Assembly: GCA_973895155.1 (NCBI GenBank)
Contig: OZ316894.1
Coordinates: forward strand, 2,062,457 to 2,126,456
Origin: Marsupella aquatica
Lineage: Eukaryota; Plantae; Marchantiophyta
DNA: 64,000 bases
Reading direction: 5' to 3'
Shown piece after piece: positions 1 to 12,710 of the stretch. The notes under the pieces were generated by a model, which saw nothing but the letters and a program-made list of their open reading frames with translations, did no database searches and was not told where the DNA came from. Position 1 is the stretch's first letter; each line of letters begins with the position of its first letter. A program made the position numbers and the translations under genes.

Positions 1-170
1 TCTTTTGCTTTCAATCTATTGTACTTTGTTTGGTCCCTGTAGATAAACTGATACTCTTTACTTCAAGGAAAAAAAATAGTTCAGTCAATGATGCAGTTCG
101 ATATTCTACAATCGTATTTCTGTTCTGAGAATGACTTGTCATGCTATAGTTGGAGTTGAAGATTGTACTG

Positions 171-370
171 TCTACCTTTACTCATTCATAGATTCTTTTG
201 CAAGCCTTTTCTTGGTCTTATCTCTATTTCCCATCAAAGGAATGGGTAATCAGGCTAGTATAATATGTCTACCTTTTCTCATTCCTACATTCTTTTGCAA
301 GCCTTTTTTTGGTCTTATCTCTATTTCCCATCAAAGCAATGGGTAATCAGGCAAGTATAATAAATCTACA
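171..370 (+). repeat. Two tandem ~97-bp units resembling the Helitron-like terminus
   Basis: tctacctt..attcttttgcaagcctttt..ggtcttatctctatttcccatcaaag(g/c)aatgggtaatcaggc(t/a)agtataat occurs twice, each with a CCCAT...ATGGG hairpin before CTAG/CAAG. Confidence 0.85.
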
Positions 371-2949
371 CTATGCATCATCCCCAAACTCAATTTACAG
401 AGAATAAAAAAAAATAGCTTGCAAAATGAGCAACCATAGTTATTTTATTTTTTGGACAAAAGGGTCAATAATGGAGCCGCAGAATACTCCAGAGGTGGGC
501 AGCAAAAACCCTTGACTTTTATTGAAAGGCAAAAGGAAACAAAGAGTCAATCATGACGCTGAAAACCCGGCTGAAAGAGGCCACACTCTACTGAGGATGA
601 AAATCTTTTGTGGCATTAGAAAGGAGGCCAATACATCAAATAGCCAAACTGAACCAGTCAAAGGACAAGCAAGCATAATTGAGCTCAAATGACTAGGGAC
701 AAAATATAATTAAATGTTCATGATCATTTGAACCACCAAATCTGAGCCTCCGTTATCACTACCCCTCAGAGTCACAACAATCCTCACTCTGATCCCTCAT
801 TTGTGGTGAAAATGTCATAGGAAATCAAAGTTGACTCCATATCTCAGTGTCCCTCATGCTGCCTTGTCTCCAAAGGTCTAATGAAGTGATCAACATTTTT
901 TTTTAAATAATTTTTTTTGAACATTGGCCATCTCACTAACCTCGATCCCTTGTTGCTGGAGAATGTGTGATGCAGGGCAGAACTTTTGATTGCTTGAGAC
1001 AACTTGACCAATGGAATCCCAATGGGACATACTTGGAGATTGAATTGTTGGGGCTAGTCTCAGAGACTGTATTGCTAGAGGAAATTTACTTGTGAGAAGG
1101 AATCACTTTGGGGATTTTTCTCATAAGGTTTCTCTGCAAGGCACCTCGGCCATTTTCCAAAATCAAAATTTATGGTGAAGGACAAGACACAATTTACAAA
1201 TTGGAACAACCAAATGAGGGAGGGAGACAAAATAGGCTTTGATTGCCACGTGTACACACATTGTTCCCTAGTTAAACATAATTCAACAAGTGCTCAATAG
1301 TTTTGCATGTTGTGATTGAATGCTAGTATTTGATGTTCATATGGTTTGTTATAGTAGTTTTATTCACAAGTAAGCTTTCAAATGAATTTTTGGTCATCCC
1401 TCATGGTCTTTGATGTTGTCATCCCAATATTCACCTAGCTTCTTGGTTGGTGTTGTGCCTGTCTTTGATGTGGTCTCCATTGCTTCACTTTGTATAAATT
1501 GAAAACAATTTTGTTTGCTCAACAGCCAGAAAAGGTATCAATCTCTTCAATGCAATATATGTGGCTATAATCTTCTTCAGCAATAGTTCAAAATAGTATA
1601 AACTCTCAAATGAACTCTTCGAGGTATTGCATGTGCATTTTCAGTTTGACAACTTTATGTGAGAGAAAATAATAAATAATCCATTCAAATTTTGGTTCTA
1701 CCTTTCATTGTCTGTCAATTGTCAGCATCCATGGAACCTCTAAGAACAGGTTTTTCTGTCTTTGCAAGTAAAGCTTGCAATATCCCATGGGAATGGGGGC
1801 CAAAACGTGCAATGGCCAACAAACAAGTGAGCCCAGCAAATAGCCCACAAAAGCCGAGCCCAAGGGTGTCAAGAAATCCACAATTATGAGAGTTAGATGT
1901 ATTCAACTCAGTTTTTACTTCTGCCTTTCTTCCTTCTCTGGGTCCATTACAAGATTGGTGCAAGGCTCTAGCTGAAAACAAAACAATAGTAAATTATAGT
2001 CTACTTCTATGCATAATCATCACTAGTGCCGACATCAATGATGCATATTCTAACACATTAGTTTGAGGGCCATGCCATAGGGGAAGCAAGAGAGGAAGTA
2101 AGTTTCTATGGCAAAACAGTTTGGAGGCTAAAAATCTGACACAAGCAGCCTGTGAAGGATTTTCATTCACCTTGAACAACAGCTTATATACAGACCATCG
2201 ACTGAACTATTTTGTACCTTTGAATTGAATAATTGCTTTAATGCATTATTATGATAGCTACAAACCTCAATGGATCTATGTTCCAAAATAGCCACACAGT
2301 TACTACAAGCTTAAATCGAGTACTCAAGCTGCATGCCAACAACCTCTGATCTACTACGAACAGTGGATAGGTATTGCGGCTAATAAGGCGGGTTATGTTT
2401 TGAACTGACGCAGCGTTTCATGCCAAGAGGTATTGTAGAAAACTCTTATGAGCTGTCAAACTATTATGTTGAACGTAATGGAAAACTTGCTCTGTCAGTT
2501 GTACATTGAGAGAGCCCAAACACTTCAAATGCTTACCCTTTGAACCAAGTATGTTGAAGTGCATTTGGCCCTTAGTTTTCCTTCTACCTCAAAGGTAAAT
2601 TTTAGAATTCTAAACTTGTGAGTCATTCTAATTAACTGTTTGACTATAAACAATTACCTACTTTCATCAACAAAATGCCATTGAATCTTAGTGCAAACGA
2701 GCGTGCAACAACTATCCCAAGAATGCTCTGCATGCATGTTATTCACCGCAGGGAGTTATTACAAGAAGAGTCTCAAGAAGGGCTTTGATCTTATACAATG
2801 CTTAGTGATCAAACTTTTCCTTGAAAATTATTTGTGATCAAACATGGGAGGACCAAATAATTCAGTTTTTGGCAGGTGCAAAAGATATTTTGGTGCAGGC
2901 TGGGATTAATACATGCCCTGGCTTGTGAGGGCAACTGAATTTAATCTGA

Positions 2950-4400
2950 GGATTTGTAAGAGAAAAGATATACAGGGACAGCACAAAAGGAGGACATATT
3001 CATGTTACTATGAATTTTGGTGATCATCATCAGATTTGGTGAGCTCCATTTTCCACACTCCCTAGAGTACGTACTGGCTACTATGCCAACACCAAATTTG
3101 AACTTTTATCCTCCTCTTTCTGATTTCCTTTCCACCAGTCCTTTCTTTCCTTTCAGGAGAAGTCAATGCCCCCTTGGTTGGGCCAATTAATTAGCACAAA
3201 ATGGCATGACTGGTACTGATTGAGCTCCCAAAGTTCAATCCAGCAAAAGTGAGGAATTTTTTATACTTGACTAAGTTTGCAAACCATACAATTTCACATA
3301 AGCATAGTAAAGGGAGGTCAAAACAGGTAGCATATTGTAGATCTATACACCTTGAATCAGTCTCAGAACATTCAAGGAAGCTACACCTACAGGTGCTAAC
3401 TTACATGAGAAGGGGGATCACCAAATTCTCTTCAAGGTTTGTAGAGATTCAATTGCCTTATCTATTGGAATGACAATCAATGGAGCAATGGAAATTAAAG
3501 TAGGCATACCATGTAGTCTACTAAATAGGGTCAAGTGGGAGGGAAGGTTTGTAGCAGAAGCTGGTCCAGGATTCAAAGTATCCAACATACTGCAGTCCTT
3601 CATCAAATCTAGACCAAGCAAGGACAAGGGGATCAAGGGGATCAAGGGCATCCAAAGTTCTATCCAACAAAGAGGGGTAATAGTATGCCTTGGCCATTCA
3701 GAAAAGAAAGTTGCAACAAATGACTTTTAGGGACAAGAGAGCTTTTGGACACCTTTGAGATTACAGCTTTTTTATCTTGACCTTCAGGGTATGGAAATAT
3801 TGCAAGACCAAAGGCTGAAATTGAGGGAAGTTGTGAAAGAGATTAAATAATTAATAGAATACTGGACCTATGTCTGATTCCCTTCCAAGGAAACAAGGGA
3901 GACAATTAGATCGGCTGAGTGATTCAACAAACAAATCAGGTTTTGCAAATGGTGAAGAGTGTTCTTATTCAATATTTGGAGCTAACGCTAACAGAGAGTT
4001 ACTCTGTGATAGTTCTAGGCTTATCAGCATGACATATTGGAGACCCGACACCTTCTATCCACACATATTTTTGACAGGTCACCTTAAAGCATCATTGATC
4101 AAGAGAGACCCCTAATAAAAGTCCCATAAACTAGATACTAAGATTTTAAAGGAATCAAGCTCAATCTGCTCAGTTTCAAAAACATTATTTCCCATGATTA
4201 ATTGGTCAGTTTAGGCAACTTTGGCTAATCCCTCCCCTTGGCCATTTCAGGTCAAGTGTAGATAGGCCTTGTGAAGATTCTGTCTAACATAGGGCAATCT
4301 CCCACCCTGATCCACATCCAAACATGAGATGTGTAACTTAGGCACTTGTTATACAATCTTGTGTTCTCTCAAACCCAAGACCCCAAACATTAATTAGTAA
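2950..4400 (-). mobile_element. Possible decayed LINE ORF2 remnant
   Basis: Only weak minus-strand traces (HLTLFSR near 3530, an FL..AG-like segment near 3250, KGKKGL near 3140). CpG-depleted, no intact ORF. Confidence 0.3.
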
Positions 4401-4995
4401 GGAATAACTTGTCGCCATTTGTTCGCCCTACAGGGTGAACCATAGCTGCCTTGAGTGGAACTCCATTCCACAAATAGAGAGCTGGAGAACCACTAGACCA
4501 ACCATTCTACATAATAAAAGTAACCCTAGAGAATGCACGGTGGAAATGTTATCTAGGAGGGTGATGTTGAACTGAACATGCAAGGAAATCAACCTATGGT
4601 GAATGCGCAAGCCATCAGAAAAGTAGAATGAACCTCAGACTCAAATTAAACAGATGATTTGAGTAAGACATCAAAGAACAACAGCATGTGGGAAATTATA
4701 GGTATGCAACTTCTTTAGAGTACAAAAGGGAAGCACAAGCTTTGAAGAGCATACAAGATCAAGAAGAGAGTAGGCTTGTATAGGTCACTTAGAGAAGTCC
4801 GAAGGACAGGATTGAGGTGGGTCATACACTTCAAGCATTCTACAAGCACCACAAGGATGCTCAAAAGTCAAAGGCTAGTAATAGGGAGGAAGGATCTGAG
4901 GTGCCGCCTATGGAACTAAAGACATATGACAAAGCCAACCAAAAAAAGATGAGAAAGTGGACCACAAAGAACCTTCAAATAGTCTAACTAAGGTT

Positions 4996-6627
4996 ATGGC
5001 TGGGAGGGTCCGATTCCCGATCATCCCAACATCGTTCCAAGATGCAACAGAAGGAATTCGTAGGATGTATGATTCTTGTAGGGGAGGATCTTGCTCTAGG
5101 TCAGGATCCCCAACCACAGTCCACCCACCTTTATGGGAGCCCAATTATCCAGACCAACATTCTTGTTCACCTTTTCGTGGACTGTCTCTTCCAAGTCACC
5201 AATTTTCTCCTCCTTGCCCTCAAACAGCTCCCACAACCTGTACATTTCAACCCCAAAATACATGTACTACTATATTCCATGCCCCTTCGGACTATGGACC
5301 ACCCAATCCCCAACCCCATCCAATGCCATCAAGACCAAGTAGCACTCAATCAGACAGATCCTATGACTCTTGCGAGTATTCTAATTGTTCACGCTCCCCA
5401 AGTTCAACACCTCGAGTGTTTGACAAGCCAATTTACCCTTATAAAAAACCTCGATCAATATCTCCACCTGGATGGTCATACTCTCCAAAGCGAAGAGCTA
5501 GGACGGGAAGACGGTGGGACAAGGACTGGCACATCTCTGAGAGATACACGCATTATCGTGACCCTGAACTCCAGCAATGTGGATGTCACAAATCTAGGAT
5601 TCACTCTGGAAGCCGTACCCCATCACCCAAACAGAGCCCTCGCATGATTGGCATCAAGTACCATTTTAACAGAATTGCCAATACTGCTCAACGGTCAAGA
5701 ACAAGAACCCCAACCCCGAAAAGAGTAAGACAAAACTTTGTTAGAGAGGGGATGAAGGATAGGGCAGACAACAACAACACGATTGACCAGATTGCAGGAT
5801 TTGGTCATTGCCACCAATACCAACAGTGGTCTTGCTCACCCTCTCCTGTTGAGTCATGCTCTAGATTAGAGAGTCCCAGAACAAGTGGACATAGAACTCC
5901 CTCCCCTCCTCCATCTTATGGTGCACCAGACTCATCATGGGCATGTACTCCCATCAAACTGCAATTGCAAACTCCTAGACAACATAGACCACAAACACCT
6001 AGGAAACAAAGGCCTCAAACTCCTAGAGAAGTTGGGGTTGATGAGGCTAGAGGGAATGGAGCCAATGGTGCTTATGTAAATAGCCATGGCCATTGCCACA
6101 CATACAATGCTTGGTCTTGCACTCCATCAAATAGAAACACACCCAAGAACCAAAGCACTCGTGGGTCAAGAGATCCAACTCCTCCACCTGCTGATAGAAT
6201 GACCAAAGGTGGTGGTGGGCATGGTAGTAGTTGTGGTTGTGGTGGAAGTACAACCAGTATCAAAGTATCTTACACATCACACAAAATAGATCAATCTACA
6301 AGCACTGATGATCATTCACATGATTTGAGTTTGGCTTTGAGACTAGGACAGGGACTAGGAGGAGGGGGCCAAGAAGGGCAGCAAGCAAACACTTTGGCTA
6401 ACAACTCACCAGCTGCTGGTGCTCCTGGGCAGCTATTTCTTTCACATTGCCACTGTCACCATTGTCCTCACTTGTGCCCAACGTGTGGCCACCAAGGTCA
6501 CCATGGGCCCACACTCTTTTCCCTTGCTCCCCCGGCTCCTCCCTTGTCTACCAAGATTTCTTGTGGATGCCTTGAAGCCCAAGTCCACCACCTTCATTGC
6601 CATTGTTTTCCCCTCCATCACCATTGA
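4996..6627 (+). CDS. Intronless orphan protein (~543 aa), Ser/Pro/Arg/Thr-rich and probably disordered, with internal GHCHxYxxWSC(S/T)PS repeats and a His/Cys-rich C-terminus
   Basis: 1.6-kb uninterrupted ORF in otherwise stop-rich DNA. The ORF track starts at GTG 4957; the first in-frame ATG is 4996 and there is an in-frame TGA at 4927. Repeated peptide motifs argue for a real protein. No recognisable domain. Confidence 0.7.
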   Translation: MAGRVRFPIIPTSFQDATEGIRRMYDSCRGGSCSRSGSPTTVHPPLWEPNYPDQHSCSPFRGLSLPSHQFSPPCPQTAPTTCTFQPQNTCTTIFHAPSDYGPPNPQPHPMPSRPSSTQSDRSYDSCEYSNCSRSPSSTPRVFDKPIYPYKKPRSISPPGWSYSPKRRARTGRRWDKDWHISERYTHYRDPELQQCGCHKSRIHSGSRTPSPKQSPRMIGIKYHFNRIANTAQRSRTRTPTPKRVRQNFVREGMKDRADNNNTIDQIAGFGHCHQYQQWSCSPSPVESCSRLESPRTSGHRTPSPPPSYGAPDSSWACTPIKLQLQTPRQHRPQTPRKQRPQTPREVGVDEARGNGANGAYVNSHGHCHTYNAWSCTPSNRNTPKNQSTRGSRDPTPPPADRMTKGGGGHGSSCGCGGSTTSIKVSYTSHKIDQSTSTDDHSHDLSLALRLGQGLGGGGQEGQQANTLANNSPAAGAPGQLFLSHCHCHHCPHLCPTCGHQGHHGPTLFSLAPPAPPLSTKISCGCLEAQVHHLHCHCFPLHHH

Positions 6628-6979
6628 CTGCTCCATTAATGACGAGTGCCCAAAGAACACTAGGGTCCAAACCAGAAACTCAACCACTCAAGAGTCCGAC
6701 CAAACCACAAATTCCTAGGGTTTCATGTTCATTGTCAGTGGATCCACTAACACCACTTAGAGCACATAGATTTCACAACATGGGTAGTGAAACAACCCAA
6801 TCAAAGTAGAGATGAACATATCAGATAATTGAAGATCAGAATGCTAGGATCAAGTGTTCATGTCTTCCCTTAAGACTTATAGTAATTGTTATTGGGGGAT
6901 CCTATGATAGGGGGCATGCAAAAGTTGTGGAGACAATACAGTAGGATATCTTACTTATAAAGTGCAAACATAAGCTAGA

Positions 6980-7170
6980 GTTGGGATCTAGACTTCTAAA
7001 GTGAAGCCTCTAGACAGTAACTCTAGATAAAGACAAACTAATACGGACAAAACTGAAAATGAAAACCAAAAATCTGGATGGCAGCAAAGATGAAGGGGAA
7101 CAACATAGAGTCTTTTCCAAGTTTTTTTGGTCTTATCTCTGTTAAACTTCAAAGAATGGGCATTGAGGCT
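6980..7170 (+). mobile_element. Diverged copy of the same dispersed repeat family
   Basis: tctaaagtgaagcctctagacagtaactc..gacaaaactga and tttttttggtcttatctct..aagaatggg match the copies at 23190 and 200-260. Confidence 0.55.
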
Positions 7171-8650
7171 TGTGTGTCTAAATTATAGATCTGAAAACTG
7201 GGTCCATTACAAGCCTCATTCAAAAATTTAAACAAAGGAGCCTTTGCCACCCTCAATAGCATGCTGCCCAATGCCCTTGGGCAGGGGGTTGTGCTCATTA
7301 TTTTGCAATCAAACTTAAAACCTAGCATGGCCATCTAACTTAGACTCTAAGTATCCTCTTATCAATATCCAGTAGGTGGAGTTGGTGTCCATCGCAATTC
7401 CATAAATGCTGATCCAATCTAACATGAATACTAGAGAAAATTATATCCATGCTCTAGGTTGTTTAAGGAGGGCAGTCCCTTGGCCATGATGGCTCACCTT
7501 GAGGTTCTAACGAAGGCCAAGTTCTAATCAATCAAACTTACACCACCCTTACACATTTATTAGGACAATGCCTACCATGATGCACTCCATTCCAAGAAGG
7601 GAGGAGGTAAGAATAATGGTGCTCACCATGGACAACCTGTGCAGGAATTGAGAAAAGATAATAATTTTTTACCAAATTTTGTCTGCATTGGAAATATATG
7701 AACAACAACATGTTGTGCATTTCCTTCAATGGTTGATGACTGTCAGTCTTTGGAAACTCCCTGCAGGTCATTACTTGAGAAGGCTTAAATGACCTCCTCA
7801 CAAGCAAAACACTTTCAAAAGTAGATTGTAACAATATGCAGCTTAAGAATCTATGACAGCAATGTCCTCCTTCCCAATCCACAAAGAAGTGGTTAGAATA
7901 GGATCACTTAGCTCCATGTATTTTAACCAAAGTCCTTTTTGACTTGATTTATTTTGGTCAGGCCAGAGAAGTCACACAAATTATGGGATCAGTCCAAGAA
8001 CCATGCAATTGGCCTAAACTTTTGTTTACATTTGGAAGAAATATTATGCTTGGAGTTTGGCTGCCATTTATTTGAGTTTAATTTTGACTATGTGGATGGG
8101 TAAAGAATATTTTGGACCATCTTTCCTATGTACCAACGAGGGCAGGTTTGGGGCCTTAGGGGTCAATTATGTGAAAATTTGACCCTATCCTCCAGCCAAC
8201 TGGGTGCATTAACTAGCAGGTAGGAGGTTAGGGTCAATATTCTCATTTGATTATATGAAATCTGATTCTCAGGATACTACTTATAATTGTCATCGCTCAT
8301 ATAATTAGCCAGCTGAAGAAGGAAACCTAATTAAATGGGAATCATCATCAATTAAGTGTCATTGAAACCCATTGAATTTTGGCAGTAAGTCTAGGGTTTC
8401 AGAATAGAGTGACAGTCTCCAAAATCCTTTTGGAGAATGAGTCCAGAAATTTCTGAGTAGGTTCTTATTAATACTAGGGTTTGTTGATCCCAACCTAGAA
8501 AGAAGTGTGATTGTAATTGATCATTTTAAAAGGTGACTGACATAGTGTTTTGTAGGTGGAAGACATCTTCCAAAAGTACTCCCAAGCTTTGATGTTAATA
8601 CCATGCTCCTCCTTGAACAGAAATAGTAACATTGCATAAGTCATGGTTTA
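7150..8650 (-). mobile_element. Highly decayed LINE (non-LTR retrotransposon) ORF2 remnant
   Basis: Minus-strand fragments in RT-like order, including KFNGF (VLVNG-like, ~8370) and YMSDDN (YADD-like, ~8290). Many stops and strong CpG depletion. Tentative. Confidence 0.4.
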
Positions 8651-8999
8651 ATGTCTCTTCGCTGGTTTAATGATAATGAGATGTTAGTAAAATATACTCT
8701 GGGGACATCCTGTCCGATATAATTGGAATGATACAGAGAAGACCAGCCTGGCCCCTGCGCAAGGATGAGATGCACAAATCGAGTAAAAAACAAATATTGA
8801 ATCAAGAAAGACTTACATAACCCAATTTCAGCTAAGTCAAAGAGATGAATGTAACTATCCATCTTTTGCAGCTATTACAAAATGAAAAAGCAAGGGCAAA
8901 GCAAAAAGAGGCTTGCAGCTCTTGGAGAGCATGCAGGACACTAACAAATAGTACCTAGCACATTTGCCTACCTCACCAGAGAAGCAAGATTGAGCGAAG

Positions 9000-9284
9000 A
9001 TGTCTCGTTACAAAAGAGTTGTGAAGAAAGTATTGATTTATCGCCCAACAGGGGAAGAGGTGAACTCATATGACTTCATAGAATCAAAGATCTTTCCGCT
9101 AGGATGGGAAAGGTGCAATCCAAGTGGGTTCGAAGTGAGAGAGTATTGTCTTCCTACTGGGTCCAGCAGGAACATCATGGCTCTCCCTGGAGAATTCAAA
9201 GACCTGAATCCCATTAAAATGTTTGAAATCTCTGTCCAAACTCGCACAACCTTTGAGGTTCGAGAGGTTGTGGAGATGTTATGA
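9000..9284 (+). CDS. FLOWERING PROMOTING FACTOR 1 (FPF1)-like small protein, 94 aa
   Basis: KKVLIYRPTGEEVNSY..IESKIFPLGWER..IMALPGEFKDLNPIKMFEISVQTRTTFEVRE aligns with the FPF1 family pattern RKVLVHLPTGEVVSSY..LE..L..LGWERY..LISLPRDF..F.S..MYDIVVKNPN.F.VRD (recognised from memory). In-frame stop at 8991 upstream. Confidence 0.85.
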   Translation: MSRYKRVVKKVLIYRPTGEEVNSYDFIESKIFPLGWERCNPSGFEVREYCLPTGSSRNIMALPGEFKDLNPIKMFEISVQTRTTFEVREVVEML

Positions 9285-9870
9285 TCAGTAGTCACCATCC
9301 AGCTCTTTGAGTTGGATAGAAGACCAAATGTGTGGCTCTTGACTCTGTGAGCATGAGCAGAGTCAGTCCCAATTCCACCAGGGCCATGGCTAGTTCTGAT
9401 CAATTTCTTCAATGCATTCCAAAGACGTCAGGCAGAGCATTTCCCAAAGGGAGAAGCACTTCATAACCCATGCTACTCAGGTCCTTCATAAGTGGATTCA
9501 TATTCCTGAAGGAAAATAGCAATAAAGAAACTGTATTGCCATTGTCATTTTTTTCTAGAAATCCTTGAAAATCTCATGCAACACTTTGTAATCTTCACAA
9601 AAGATTATTACCATGCAATGCTGCAACTCGTAAAGACCTCCGGTAGGAATGCAGGTATTTGAAGGAGATTTCTATCTTTGAGATAAGAATCGTGTTTGAA
9701 GTGATTGAGGGATGATGAATTTTCTGTAGAACCAGCTTCAGAAACGTTCTCGAGCCCACGAATTACAACAGATGCTCGTGAATGAAATACCGTATCGCCC
9801 AAGCCTTCTGTCCCTCATTCATTACCGTGAAAAGTTTAGGTTCAGGGTTTTGAATTTAAAATTCCTTCCG

Positions 9871-10150
9871 TAAACCCACCTTTGTCTCGAGAGAAGCTAC
9901 TGAATTCTAAGCCTTCTGACACTATGCCAATTGCATTCTCAACTACCTTTGCAAATTAGAGTGGTCACTGAAACCCACCTCAGTCTGGAGAGAAGCTACT
10001 CAATTCTAAGCCTTCCAAGCACAGTCATCCAATTGCAATCTCAACTACGCTGAACCCCACCTCAGTCTCGAGAGAAGCGACTGAATTCTAAGCCTTCCAA
10101 TCACAGATATCCAATTATATTCTCAATTACCTTTTGCAAATTAGAGTGGG
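9871..10150. repeat. Three imperfect tandem units (~80-100 bp)
   Basis: aacccacct(t/c)(t/a)gtct(c/g)gagagaagc(t/g)act(g/c)aattctaagccttc at ~9872, ~9972 and ~10053, each followed by ccaatt..tctcaa. Confidence 0.85.
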
Positions 10151-12149
10151 CCGTTGCGGACAACAATGGTGTTGCAAACCAGAAAACCTGACCAACGTTG
10201 GCCTGCAAGTTGTACTTGTCAAGCTCCAATTTTCCGGAAGATTACAATTGCAAGATGAAGAGGACATAGACTTGTTTGAAACTAGAAATGATTCATCCTG
10301 AGTGGGAAGTTAGGTACAGTTCCCAGGTATGATACTAACGAGAGCCAGGTGCTGTCTCGTATCACTCGTTCGAGTCTTACTGAACGGAAATTAAATATGG
10401 GCGAGGAGTGCATCCCTCAACGGAATTATCCTTATGTGCACTTGTGCAATAGCCTTGCTGAGAATCGATCTTCACAGGATAATCACATGAATTGTACCTC
10501 AGAAAGCAACGAACTACACGTACCCTCTGAAACAGAATTTTCAAGAAAATTATTAAGGGAAAAGTGGACTAGAAAAATAAATTGAGTCAAATTTAATGAG
10601 CGCATTTGGCTGAAAAACATGAGCATCTGGTCAAAGTGCTATGGCAAAAACCAGACCAAAACAAGAAAATAATGAAGAAGAAGAGACCTCAAATGCTCCC
10701 AACAGGAAGGCAACACTGACCGTCTTGCAATGGAATCACCTTTTGTTGAACTATTGTTTCATTGACAGATGCCCGAAACAGGCACAGTTGTAGTTGAATA
10801 AGGGTGCAATCCATTCCCTAGGGCCCGACCATAATAAAACCAAACTCAAGACCGTGAGAATACCTGAAGAATGCAGTAAAAGGAATTTTCAAGTAGACTA
10901 AAGTGTACCTGTCGAATCCTCAGAACAAAGAGATGAGACAGGCTAGGAACGAAGCTCTTCATGCTCAATATGTATCCGTGTGGTCACAAAACCTTGCTCT
11001 CATCTCTCCTACAGGTGGGTCGAATCGACTGGTAACTGAGACTGCAACCGGCATCAGGTCCAAGATACTCTCTGAAGAAAAGCAATGTGATTTAGAGTCA
11101 ACCACCCACTGCATAGAGAACCGTCGTGTTTCTGACAGAAGTTATGCACTTGGTCACCCTTAAAGCTACTTTTGGCTTAAACTCCCCCAACGCCGTTCTC
11201 CTTCTTCTCCCACCTTTGATGCGCTAGGATGCACATTCGGAACAGTCATCCACTGTGAGAGTTCTCTTTGAGATACTGATGTACAGTATTGCAAGAAACT
11301 ATTTCATACACCTGAGGGGCAAAACTTTAAGGAAAAATTGCCCAAGCTAAAAACCTATTGAGAATTAAACACGCCCAGAGAAGACCTGTCTGTGAAAGTC
11401 CTTCCCAATCACGGAAACCATTTCATTCCAGAACAACTGTAGTGTTCGATATAGAAAATACACGGTCAGCTCTCTCATTTGAAGAATGCAACCAAAGACT
11501 CGTTACTGCCGTTCCATTGAGATGGTGAATGATAATGTTGAACATATGGAGGTGGTGTAGAATGCAAACCATTATTCCTTCGTCTGAAAGCATCGCCATA
11601 TTTACTGGTCAGCCAGCCATTGACTTACTCCTTGGTTTGTGTCATGGCAATGTTCATTTACCCATCGAGCACGCCAGAATGCCTGTGATAAAATGGCAAT
11701 GAGTTGGAAACAAACAAAGTTTCTGCAAAGGTTGCGTACTAGATCTCGTGAAAGATGGCAAACCCTATACACCCTCCAGGCATGCCTATGCAAGAGGTGG
11801 CAGTGGATTACAAAGTTTACGAAGATTGCAAGACAGTACTCGTAAATGTCGACAACCCTAAACTAGGAACAGTCCAGAGAACCACTCATGTATTGCAAAG
11901 CTCCAATTCTCCAAAGGTCTTTGTTTGCCTTTGAACAGTTTTTGCGCTGAAAAAGAGATGACTACATATGTTCATAGGATGGTTACTATCCCCACTAACC
12001 AATCACACATAGGGACACAACAGGGAAGAAATGTGCAAGGATAAGTACCCATAGCGAAAAAATGTCAAACTTAGGGACAAAGTTACTGAAGGACAAGAGT
12101 GAACGACTGTAGAAGAAGGTTATCAATTCAGCCAATGATAGGGTGAAGC

Positions 12150-12252
12150 ATTCGGCTTTAAAGGTGATTCTCGTACCTCGATGGTCCATGCCAGAATTCA
12201 GATTCGGCTTTAAAGGTGATTCTCATACCTCGATGGTCCATGCCAGAATTCA
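12150..12252. repeat. 52-bp two-copy tandem duplication
   Basis: attcggctttaaaggtgattctc(g/a)tacctcgatggtccatgccagaattca twice, 1 mismatch. Confidence 0.95.
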
Positions 12253-12389
12253 TATTCATAACAAGGGGTCGCCAGAGTATGGACTTGAGGAAATCTGCTA
12301 GCTTCTTTGCAAATGACATACGTCCACCTCCTTCACCTCTTCTCAAATCCCCTTTGACCCACCCTCCTGTCACCTTCATATTTTACACT

Positions 12390-12710
12390 AACCAGCCCCA
12401 CTAAATAGATATGAAGAAAAATCTTAAACAATAAAATGTATGATGATTTGGTTAGTCTTTGCCCCATCCTTGTTTTTTGTCCCTCCTTATTTCACTTATA
12501 TATTTATTTAGAGTTCTTGTTGATTTTGTACATCCTCATTTAAAATGTTGACCTTCCTCAACCTCATTATCTTTATTTAGAGTTCTTGTTGATCCTCATT
12601 TTTAAAATGTTGACCTCCTTCAACCTCATTATCAATTTTGTCTGTGTATTGGGAGTTACGGTCTAGAGGCTTCACTCTAGACCTAGTCTTTTAAGTCTAA
12701 GCTTCAGTTG
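12390..12710 (-). mobile_element. Inverted copy of the 23170-23433 repeat family, with an internal duplication
   Basis: Reverse complement contains ctaggtctagagtgaagcctctagaccgtaactcccaataca and ggacaaaaaacaaggatggggcaaagactaaccaaa, both shared with 23185-23360. Confidence 0.7.

Noticed and set aside
5042-5647. 201-aa alternative-frame ORF inside the orphan gene (possible dual coding)
   Set aside because: Explained by the C/A-rich, stop-poor codon composition of the main ORF; no independent evidence.
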